Part shown: piece by piece, positions 19,801 to 27,540 of the stretch
Layout: each line of letters begins with the position of its first letter
Numbering within the stretch: the first letter of the stretch is position 1
Assembly (NCBI GenBank): GCA_964610305.1
Contig: CAZSVL010000003.1
Span: 13,122-77,121, forward strand
DNA: 64,000 nucleotides
Origin: an uncultured Gammaproteobacteria bacterium
GTDB lineage: Bacteria > Patescibacteriota > Patescibacteriia > Magasanikbacterales > JBBTXJ01
Reading direction: 5' to 3'
The notes under the pieces: model-generated
The model's input: the letters and a program-made list of their open reading frames with translations, nothing else
Database searches by the model: none
Told to the model about the DNA's origin: nothing
Position numbers and translations under genes: made by a program

Positions 19801-20703
19801 GTTGAAGAGCTTTTTGAGGCCCGTAATCCAAAACGTAAAGCGATGATCGCAGAGTTTGCCGGAACCGCTCATATTGAAGATGCTGAAGGAAAAGTAGTAG
19901 AGAGCTCAACCGGCCGCAAAATCTTTGAAGGAAGAAAGGGTCAGAAGATTGTAAAGATTGTAGGCGATCCCATTGAGCCAGAGAAGATAAACTTTGATGA
20001 GGGCGATGAGGTTAAGGTAGAAGACGGTGCTGAGGTAAAGGCAGGCGATACTATCATTGTGCGCGGTAGCGGAACCAAGGAAAAATCTATCTATGCGGGT
20101 GTTGCTAAGGTGGCAAAGAAGAGCCTCAAGATTATTCCAGAGGGAGCTCAAGCAAAAGAATATATCATTCCTATCGGGTATAAGATTTATGTGAAAGAAG
20201 GGCAGCATCTAGAAGCCGGAGATGCGCTTACAGAAGGCCACATTGAGCTAAAGGAACTCTTTGCGCTTAAGGGGCGCGAGGCCGTGCAGGATTATATTCT
20301 TAAGGAGATCCAAGATATTTATAGCTCTCAGGGGCAAAAGCTTAACGATAAGCACGTAGAGGTTATTGTAAGGCAGATGTTTTCCAGAGTGTATGTAGAG
20401 GATGCCGGAGATACAGATTTGCTTCCGGGAGAAGTGGTAGAAAAAGCGCAGTTTGTAGAAGCTAATGCAAAGCTGAAAAAGGGAGCTAAGAAATCTCAAG
20501 CGCGCGAGATGTTCCTGGGAATTTCCAAAGTGTCTCTATCCACGCAAAGCTTCTTGTCCTCTGCATCATTCCAAGAAACTGCCAAAGTTCTTATAAACGC
20601 AGCGGTGACCGGAAAGATAGATTATCTAGATGGCTTGAAGGAAAATGTGATTATAGGAAGACAGATACCAGCAGGAACGGGATACAGCGACAAGGTAAAA
20701 TAG
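16885..20703 (+). CDS. rpoC: DNA-directed RNA polymerase subunit beta'
   Basis: 1272 aa, Zn-finger [23 protein letters not shown], catalytic [14 protein letters not shown]. Confidence 0.97.
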   Translation: [1272 protein letters not shown]

Positions 20704-20710
20704 ATAAAAA

Positions 20711-20737
20711 AGACCGGCCGAGAGGCTGGTCTTTTGA
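20711..20737 (+). terminator. Rho-independent terminator of the rpoBC operon
   Basis: GACCGGCCGAGAGGCTGGTC hairpin followed by TTTTGATTT. Confidence 0.75.
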
Positions 20738-20746
20738 TTTAAAAAA

Positions 20747-20797
20747 CCACACACAAGCAGGGGCATCTTAAAAACGATGTGGCTCTTTGTGTGTGGT
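20747..20797 (-). terminator. Large-loop terminator hairpin downstream of gene 20806-21795. A near-identical copy lies at 21868-21918 downstream of the paralogue.
   Basis: ACCACACACAAG...CTTTGTGTGTGGT with 12-bp stems. The minus-strand sense is followed by TTTTTT. Confidence 0.6.
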
Positions 20798-20805
20798 AGC
20801 TTATC

Positions 20806-21795
20806 TTAAGTCTTCATTTTGTCCTCTGCTGGTACATAGGCGTCAACCGTCTGCGCTAGCTGTTTTACGTCTGGCGCAATTACGGCTAGTTCTATGCCGG
20901 CTTGCTCAAAGAGGCGCTTGTGGTCCTCGTCCAGGCTTTCCACTCTCATGGCCAGCTCTGCGGTAGACTCTACAATAGCCTCAATGATTTGCGTCTCTAG
21001 ATCTTGGCATGAACTTGCAATGCGCTGCGTGCGCTTGATGAGCTCCAGGTCTGTCAGCGGTTTGCGTACCTCATCTACGGCTGCAAAGCATGCATTAAAG
21101 AACGCGTTTACTTTTGCCTTGTGGTCTAGCAGCGCAGTACAGTGCGTCTCAAGCTTTTCAATGACGGGCTTGAGTTCTGAGAGAGCCTGCTTTAAAGGCT
21201 CTGGATGTTGGCTGATTGAAATGCGTGCAATCAGATCTGAACGCAAGTTGCGCGCATCTTTTAGTTTTGAATCAACAGTATCAAGTGTCTTTCCAAAGTA
21301 CGTGTGTCGGCCAATCACCGCATTTCTTTCTTGAAGAATCCGCAGCTCAAGGTATGCCGGGATTGTGTCGGCAGGTATGGGGCGGAGTTTTCTACTATTT
21401 TCTTCAAGATGCCCTGAGATCATTCCCTCTATTGCGGCAGATCTGCCAAAGCTAAACAGGAGGGATGCGAACGTCCAACAAACTATGTTGAAAATGGTGG
21501 AAGAGGTTGATATTTCGCCCGCTAACACAAGACTCATCAGGACGCCAAGCGTTGCAAAGATTCCTCCAAAAAATACCAAGCTAACCTGATCTTTTATGCC
21601 GTGCTGTTCTGTGCACCCATTTTCCAGATGAATACTTTTTGCCTTGTAGAAAATAGCCTTGCGGCGTTTTCTCTTTGAGACCTTGGCCAGCTTGTCAAAG
21701 TTTTGATCAATTTCAATGCTAGGTACGCGCATCTGCGTAGAGCCCGGCATCCACGCGGGCAGCTTTGCCCTCATCTTGCTCATCCACGCCTTCAT
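20806..21795 (-). CDS. Hypothetical membrane protein (two TM helices followed by ~200-aa coiled-coil region), paralogue A
   Basis: 329 aa. Shares N-terminal LPAWMPGST and C-terminal FEQAGIELAVIAPDVKQLAQTVDAYVPAEDKM with the adjacent gene. Confidence 0.6.
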   Translation of the reverse strand: MKAWMSKMRAKLPAWMPGSTQMRVPSIEIDQNFDKLAKVSKRKRRKAIFYKAKSIHLENGCTEQHGIKDQVSLVFFGGIFATLGVLMSLVLAGEISTSSTIFNIVCWTFASLLFSFGRSAAIEGMISGHLEENSRKLRPIPADTIPAYLELRILQERNAVIGRHTYFGKTLDTVDSKLKDARNLRSDLIARISISQHPEPLKQALSELKPVIEKLETHCTALLDHKAKVNAFFNACFAAVDEVRKPLTDLELIKRTQRIASSCQDLETQIIEAIVESTAELAMRVESLDEDHKRLFEQAGIELAVIAPDVKQLAQTVDAYVPAEDKMKT

Positions 21796-21867
21796 GGTTT
21801 CTCCCCTGTAAGCATTGTTCTGTCACGAGCATAGCATAGGGGTTGGCTTGCGTCAAGTATTAAAAAA

Positions 21868-21918
21868 CCACACACAAGCCGCCGTATCTTAGGAACGAGC
21901 CGGTTCTTTGTGTGTGGT
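21868..21918 (-). terminator. Second copy of the large-loop terminator hairpin
   Basis: ACCACACACAAGccgccgtatcttaggaacgagccggttCTTTGTGTGTGGT. Confidence 0.6.
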
Positions 21919-21923
21919 CTATC

Positions 21924-22898
21924 TTAATGAACAGTCTTGCCAGCCATGTGGTCTTCTGCTGGTACAAAATCCGCTACGGTTTGCTCTAGTAGCGCCACTG
22001 TTGGTTGAGCTGCTGCAATTTCAATCCCGGTTTGTTCAAACATGCGGTTGCATTCTTCTCTGATTTCATCAAAGGTTAGCTGTAGCTGGATAGCGGTTTG
22101 TGCAATGATGTGGTCTGTTTGTGTTTGCAGCCGCCCTGTTTTGTTTGCGAGCGTATCAAGTTTTGCAATGGCGGCATGATCTGCAATGGGATCCTTTAAG
22201 CCATCTATGCGATTCTTGCTCAGCTCCAGGAACGCCTTTAGCTTTGCCTCGTGCATTTCTAAGTCGGTTCTTTTTTGTTCAAGTCCCGCTATGAGCTCTT
22301 CCGCTCTGCTATGCGCCTCAAGTAAATAGCCGGGCGCGCTATTTCCTTGACGTGCGTACGCGTTAATTCTTCCCAAGAAGTAAGACTCTATTGGTCTGAG
22401 TTCTCGCAAAAGACGGTTGATATCACGGTGGTTTTCTTTAAAACCATCACCAAGCAGATTATCCACCCGCATTTTTAGCTTTTCAAACAGAAATTGAGGG
22501 ATGATATCTTGAGGTGTCTGTTTTGTGGTTGGTTGCTTGCATTTGTGCCAGAGTCGAGAGAACGTCTCTTTTGTGCCCGATAGTGTTCCGCCCGCCATTA
22601 GGAGTGCTCCGATAAAGCTGATGAGCGAAGTCGGGCTGTATCCAGGATTTCTGACAATACCGAGCACGCAAAAGTAGAAAAATATAACACCAATGCTGAT
22701 CAAGAAGATGTTTGATACAAATTCTCTCAACGTGATCACGTTGCAGTCACAGTTTTGCTTTGCAGCAATTTTCACGTAATTGCGAGCGATGATCGCTAGT
22801 TGATCTACCGGCAAATGCGCACAATTCTCAAGGTCTGCCTTTGTTGAGCCGGGTATCCACAGGGGCAAGTGTAATCTGATCCACGTGAGCAGTTTCAC
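21924..22898 (-). CDS. Hypothetical membrane protein, paralogue B of 20806-21795. Probable GTG start, set by alignment with paralogue A.
   Basis: LPLWIPGSTK...FEQTGIEIAAAQPTVALLEQTVADFVPAEDHM. Tandem duplication. Confidence 0.55.
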   Translation of the reverse strand: MKLLTWIRLHLPLWIPGSTKADLENCAHLPVDQLAIIARNYVKIAAKQNCDCNVITLREFVSNIFLISIGVIFFYFCVLGIVRNPGYSPTSLISFIGALLMAGGTLSGTKETFSRLWHKCKQPTTKQTPQDIIPQFLFEKLKMRVDNLLGDGFKENHRDINRLLRELRPIESYFLGRINAYARQGNSAPGYLLEAHSRAEELIAGLEQKRTDLEMHEAKLKAFLELSKNRIDGLKDPIADHAAIAKLDTLANKTGRLQTQTDHIIAQTAIQLQLTFDEIREECNRMFEQTGIEIAAAQPTVALLEQTVADFVPAEDHMAGKTVH

Positions 22899-23002
22899 GG
22901 TTTTCTCCTTTGTAAGGATCTGAAGGAACCATAGCAAAAGCCCACGCCCTTGTCAATATATTTTTCTGTGGTAAGGTGTGTGAGCACACAAAAGGAGGCA
23001 AT

Positions 23003-24874
23003 ATGTGCGGAGTAGTGGGATACATCGGGCAGCGCGAAGCCCATGAGGTGCTCCTTACCAATATGGGGTACTTGCAGCAGCGCGGTTATGATAGCGCTGG
23101 CGTGGCGGTGATGGATTCTGACAAGGCAGTACATGTTCAGAAGGCTATTAAGGAAGAGTCAGGACCTTCTCCGGTTTCTCAGCTCTGGAATCAGCATGGC
23201 AAAGCCAGTCTGCTTGGCGGCATCGGCATTGGTCATACTCGTTGGGGTACGCATGGAGAGGTGAGTATCTACAATGCGCATCCTCATATGAATCCCGATT
23301 CAAACATTTGGATGGTTCATAACGGGATAATTGACAACGCAGCAGAGTTAAAAGCAGAGTTTTTTCCGGGCGCGTCTTTTCTATCAGAGACAGACTCTGA
23401 GGTTATCGTTCATTTGGTTTCTATGTATTGCGATGAGGGTCTAAGTCTTGCAGACGCATTAAAGAAGGCTTTGTCTCATGTGAGCGGAACATATGCGCTG
23501 ATTCTCATGAGCACCAAAGAACCAAATAAGCTGGTGTGCGCCCGGCTAGGAAGTCCGCTTATGGTGGGAGTGACAGAGAGTGAAATGTTTGTTGCTTCTG
23601 ATGAAGAAGGATTGGCCAGCTATACCAATAGAGTTGTTGACCTTAAAGAGATGATGCCTGATGGTGGCGTTACTGTTGTAAATCTAAATGGCGTACACGG
23701 AGGCGATTCTCCAGAGAGGACTATTCCGTGGGATATTTCCATGGCTCAAAAAGGCGAATACCCGCATTTCATGCTTAAAGAAATTATGGATCAGCCCCGG
23801 GTTGCTGTTTTGGCAACGTCTGAGGGTAGGCGGCTGGATTTCAAAAATGTAACCACGCGGCTTGATGGGCCTAAGGCCTTCGCCAGAGAGCTTGCAAGGA
23901 TTGAGGATGTATTCTTGGTGGGTTGCGGAACAGCTTACCACGCTGCGCTCTTAGGAGAGAGATTTCTAAGAGAAGACGCATCTTTGAGAAGAGCACGGGC
24001 CGTAATTGCAAGCGAGACATCACTTGAGCAGATGGTTGTTGATCCTCACAAGACGCTTGTCATTGCCGTGTCTCAGTCTGGAACCACGTACGATACGCGG
24101 TGTGTTGTAGAAGATGCTCAGCGTATGGGAGCCCTGACATGCGGGATTATCAACAGAGTTGAGTCTGAGATTGCGCGGCTTTGTGATTTTGGCGTGTATT
24201 GTCACGCGGGGCCAGAGATTAGCGTGGCATCAACTAAAGCATTTTTGTCTCAAGGTTTGGTACTCTATCAATTGGCTATCTTCCTTGAGGGACTGAGCGA
24301 TTTTGGCGGTAACTATTCAGACGGATACCTTGATGAGTTGCATACCTTTTCTAAAAAGGTAGAAAACGCATTGCTTGTCCGGGATCAAGTTGCGCGTATA
24401 GCAAACTTTCTTTTCCGGGGCGCGCTGAGCAGGCCACGCTTTGTGCAATTCATTGGTTGTGGGGCTTCTGCTGTTGCTGCTATGGAAGGAGCGCTCAAGT
24501 TTAAAGAGGTAACGTACATTCCCAGCAGTGGAATGCCTGGTGGTGAGTTAAAGCACGGCGCTCTGGCGGTATTGGGTCCGGATACTCCGGCGGTAATCAT
24601 CATGCCAGAGTGTGATGAACAAACGCCTATAGCAAGTACCCTTGCCCAGCTCCAAAAGACGGGTTGTCCGCGCATTGTGGTGACGACAGAAGGACAAAAG
24701 ACCTTTAATTTAGAAGGGGTTGATGAGGTGATACATGTTCCAAAGACAGATCATCAGCTTCAGGCGATGCTGTCTGTCATCCCGTTGCAACTTCTTGCCT
24801 ATGAGACGGCGGTTGCGTTGGAGCTAGACGTGGATATGCCACGCCACTTGGCCAAGACGGTAACGGTGGCATAG
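23003..24874 (+). CDS. glmS: Glutamine--fructose-6-phosphate aminotransferase
   Basis: N-terminal MCGVVGYIG (Cys nucleophile; the ORF-track start is 9 codons too early), two SIS domains, C-terminal ...VTVA. Confidence 0.93.
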   Translation: MCGVVGYIGQREAHEVLLTNMGYLQQRGYDSAGVAVMDSDKAVHVQKAIKEESGPSPVSQLWNQHGKASLLGGIGIGHTRWGTHGEVSIYNAHPHMNPDSNIWMVHNGIIDNAAELKAEFFPGASFLSETDSEVIVHLVSMYCDEGLSLADALKKALSHVSGTYALILMSTKEPNKLVCARLGSPLMVGVTESEMFVASDEEGLASYTNRVVDLKEMMPDGGVTVVNLNGVHGGDSPERTIPWDISMAQKGEYPHFMLKEIMDQPRVAVLATSEGRRLDFKNVTTRLDGPKAFARELARIEDVFLVGCGTAYHAALLGERFLREDASLRRARAVIASETSLEQMVVDPHKTLVIAVSQSGTTYDTRCVVEDAQRMGALTCGIINRVESEIARLCDFGVYCHAGPEISVASTKAFLSQGLVLYQLAIFLEGLSDFGGNYSDGYLDELHTFSKKVENALLVRDQVARIANFLFRGALSRPRFVQFIGCGASAVAAMEGALKFKEVTYIPSSGMPGGELKHGALAVLGPDTPAVIIMPECDEQTPIASTLAQLQKTGCPRIVVTTEGQKTFNLEGVDEVIHVPKTDHQLQAMLSVIPLQLLAYETAVALELDVDMPRHLAKTVTVA

Positions 24875-24910
24875 TTTCTTGCCCGGAGAAATCCGGGTTT
24901 TTGATATTTT

Positions 24911-24982
24911 GTCATTGCGAGCGAAGCGAAGCAATCCCGTTGCTAACTTGTTGGGATTGCTTCGCCTCCGGCTCGCAATGAC
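24911..24982. repeat. GTCAT-family long-hairpin repeat (subtype B)
   Basis: GTCATTGCGAGCGAAGCGAAGCAATCCC...GGGATTGCTTCGCCTCCGGCTCGCAATGAC. Confidence 0.8.
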
Positions 24983-25034
24983 AAAAAAGATCGCGCCTGT
25001 TGAAAAAGAGTAGCCCTTTTGATACTCTAAGCGC

Positions 25035-25733
25035 ATGTCAGGTCACTCAAAATGGTCAAAAATTAAGCGACAAAAAGGCGCGGCTGATGCGGCGCGCGGG
25101 AATTTGTTTACCAAACTTTCTAAAGCCATAAGCATCGCAGCGCGTAGCGGCGGTGATCCAGAGATGAATTTCTCTCTGCGCCTTGCTATAGATAAGGCGC
25201 GCGCTTCTAACATGCCTAAAGATAATATAGATAAAGCAATAAGACGCGGCACGGGAGAGGATAAATCCGCCGCGGTTATTGAAGAGCTTATGTATGAGGG
25301 TTTTGGTCCGGGTGGTGTGGGGGTTTTGGTAGAAGTGGCAACAGATAACAGAAACAGATCTGGCGCCGATATAAAGCATTTACTCTCAAAATATGGAGGA
25401 GGCTTGAGTGGGCCGGGAAGCGTAAAATGGCAGTTTGAACAGAAGGGTGTGATTTATTTAAAAGATATGCCAGATGATGATCTGCAGTTAGAGCTAATGG
25501 ACGCGGGAGCTGATGATATAGTCTCTGAGGATGGTGCTATAATTTATACGGCGATTGGGGACTTTAAAAAAGTAATGACAACTTTACAAAACGCGGATTT
25601 GTCACCTGAAGAGTCTGGTTTGGAGTGGGTGGCTAAAGATACTGTGGCGGCTGATGCGGGAAAACTTGAAAAATTTATCGAGAGATTAGAAGAGCACGAT
25701 GATGTTCAAAATGTTTATACGAACGCGCAGTGA
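25035..25733 (+). CDS. yebC: YebC/PmpR-family DNA-binding regulator
   Basis: MSGHSKWSKIKRQKG... the canonical YebC N-terminus. Confidence 0.9.
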   Translation: MSGHSKWSKIKRQKGAADAARGNLFTKLSKAISIAARSGGDPEMNFSLRLAIDKARASNMPKDNIDKAIRRGTGEDKSAAVIEELMYEGFGPGGVGVLVEVATDNRNRSGADIKHLLSKYGGGLSGPGSVKWQFEQKGVIYLKDMPDDDLQLELMDAGADDIVSEDGAIIYTAIGDFKKVMTTLQNADLSPEESGLEWVAKDTVAADAGKLEKFIERLEEHDDVQNVYTNAQ

Positions 25734-25754
25734 CGGCTGCATGTAAGAGAGTCT

Positions 25755-26175
25755 GCTGTAGGCTTTAGGCTGTATGCTGTAAGATTGTTCTATGGAGAAT
25801 TTTAAAAAATTGGAGGTTTGGCAGCTTGCGCGAGGGTTGGTTGGGCAAGTCTATAGAATAACGGCGCATTTTCCTGCGGAGGAGCGATTTGGTTTAGTAT
25901 CTCAGATGAGGCGTGCTGCAATATCGGTTATGGCAAATATTGCTGAAGGATCAAAACGACAGACTGTCAAAGACAGAACCCATTTTCATGTAATAGCAGA
26001 CACATCTTTGGAGGAGCTTAAATGCTACTTTGTGGTATCATACGATTTAGACTATATAGGCAGGCAGGAGGGCGAAGTCATGACGCAGATGGCACGAAAA
26101 ATTGGAGGAAAACTAACAAGATTAACGCAAAGTCTCAAGCCGCGGGCATAAAGCATACAGCCTAAAGCCTACAGC
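25755..26175 (+). mobile_element. Four-helix-bundle-protein cassette flanked by perfect 24-bp inverted repeats (IVS-like element)
   Basis: gctgtaggctttaggctgtatgct at 25755-25778 and its exact reverse complement at 26152-26175 bracket the ORF. Confidence 0.6.
25792..26151 (+). CDS. Four helix bundle protein (the family encoded in 23S rRNA intervening sequences)
   Basis: LEVWQLARGLVGQVYRITAHFPAEERFGLVSQMRRAAISVMANIAEG matches the TIGR02436-type pattern. Confidence 0.8.
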   Translation: MENFKKLEVWQLARGLVGQVYRITAHFPAEERFGLVSQMRRAAISVMANIAEGSKRQTVKDRTHFHVIADTSLEELKCYFVVSYDLDYIGRQEGEVMTQMARKIGGKLTRLTQSLKPRA

Positions 26176-26184
26176 ATTATTCTT

Positions 26185-26670
26185 ATGTCAATCATCCTAG
26201 GAGTAGACCCAGGTTTTGGAAGAACAGGTTTTGGAGTAATCAAAGTTGAAGGAAATGGCAGGCACGTTTTAGACGTGGGGTGCATTGAAACGGCCAAAAG
26301 TCTTGCTCATGAGAATCGGCTTTTGCAGATATATCAGGATGTAACTAATTTGATAAAACAACACGACGTAAAAAAAGTAGCCATAGAGCGGCTTTTTTTT
26401 AATAAAAACGTCACCACGGCTTTGGGGGTGGGAGAGGCGCGCGGCGTGGTGCTTTTGGCCGCGGCTGAAAATGGCGCAACGCTTTTTGAGGCTACGCCAT
26501 CACAGGTAAAAATGGCCATCACAGGACACGGCGGTGCCACCAAGGCGCAGGTGCAGCACATGGTACAAGTAGTTTTGCAGCTAAAACAAAAACCGCGCCC
26601 AGACGACGCAGCAGATGCCCTAGCTATTGCGTACTGCTGTGCTCAGGCGGCTTGGCAGGATTCTCTTTAA
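26185..26670 (+). CDS. ruvC: Crossover junction endodeoxyribonuclease RuvC
   Basis: ILGVDPGFGRTGFGVI...AIERLFF...DAADALAIAY. Classic yebC-ruvC synteny. Confidence 0.9.
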   Translation: MSIILGVDPGFGRTGFGVIKVEGNGRHVLDVGCIETAKSLAHENRLLQIYQDVTNLIKQHDVKKVAIERLFFNKNVTTALGVGEARGVVLLAAAENGATLFEATPSQVKMAITGHGGATKAQVQHMVQVVLQLKQKPRPDDAADALAIAYCCAQAAWQDSL

Positions 26671-27088
26671 AGTAGAGTATTCCAGTGCATAGCGCTACAA
26701 TGGCAATGGCTGCCTGAGAGGTGAGGCACAAAATACACGCGGTATAGAGAACACCAAATTCTATATAGGTAAGGTAGCCTTGAAATGCCAGACCAAGAAG
26801 AGAGGCAGCAAAAGGATATTTAATGTCCTTTTTTAGTTTGTCGTTTGTAAGCAGCAGCGCTAGCAGACCATAGCCTAATACCCCAACAGCCGCTACAGGG
26901 ATGCCGGCAATTTCAGAATATATGCTTTTGTTTACGGTGGAGCAGTTAAATTGGCTACTGATATCGCAGAACGTTTCTGTTTCAGTCCCATAGTGATGAG
27001 AAAGGGCGTAAGCTGAAACGACAAAGCCCATAACAGCCGCAATCAACGCTACCGTTCTAAGTAATTTTGCGGTATTTGGTTTGATCAT
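26624..27088 (-). CDS. Vitamin K epoxide reductase (VKOR) family membrane protein
   Basis: Four TM helices, loop Cys pair (CDISSQFNC), active-site CILC in the last helix. Confidence 0.7.
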   Translation of the reverse strand: MIKPNTAKLLRTVALIAAVMGFVVSAYALSHHYGTETETFCDISSQFNCSTVNKSIYSEIAGIPVAAVGVLGYGLLALLLTNDKLKKDIKYPFAASLLGLAFQGYLTYIEFGVLYTACILCLTSQAAIAIVALCTGILYFKENPAKPPEHSSTQ

Positions 27089-27090
27089 AA

Positions 27091-27537
27091 TTATTCAGCG
27101 GCAGCAGGGGTGCTACTTGCTTGTTCTGGCAACTCTTCAACAGCCTCTGCGTTTGGATCATTATAGGTGCCGTCAAGTTCGCATCCACTTTTTATTGCTA
27201 GCTGACGCAAAGATTGCAAGCCGGTTCTTCTGGAGCCGTCTGCAAATTCCCACGTTGGGTAAGATTCTATGCCCGCCGCTGTACACTCTTGCGTCTGCCC
27301 GCTTCCACCTGGTAGAGCGCACTCTTCATAGTTAACGTATTCAAAAGAGTTTCCAAATTCCTTCTTTTGTTCTTGGCAATTTGGACACCAATACGCGCCG
27401 TATTCTTTTACGCCGTGCTCCGTAAGGCACTGGGCAAAAGCATCGTAAGGCCCGGGTTTATTTTTTTGAAAAAAGATGAAGCCCACAAAGGCTATCAGAA
27501 TTATTACTACTCCTGTCCACAGTTGTTTGTCTGTCAT
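27091..27537 (-). CDS. Membrane-anchored thioredoxin-like protein (WCPNC motif), probable VKOR redox partner
   Basis: N-terminal TM helix then ...GAYWCPNCQEQK. Adjacent to VKOR in the same orientation. Confidence 0.65.
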   Translation of the reverse strand: MTDKQLWTGVVIILIAFVGFIFFQKNKPGPYDAFAQCLTEHGVKEYGAYWCPNCQEQKKEFGNSFEYVNYEECALPGGSGQTQECTAAGIESYPTWEFADGSRRTGLQSLRQLAIKSGCELDGTYNDPNAEAVEELPEQASSTPAAAE

Positions 27538-27540
27538 ATA

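Noticed and set aside
13605-20703. Many short ORFs inside rpoB/rpoC, and likewise inside ftsK, recA and nrdJ, on the opposite strand or in other frames
   Set aside because: Embedded in long, highly conserved genes. Classic antisense or shadow ORFs.
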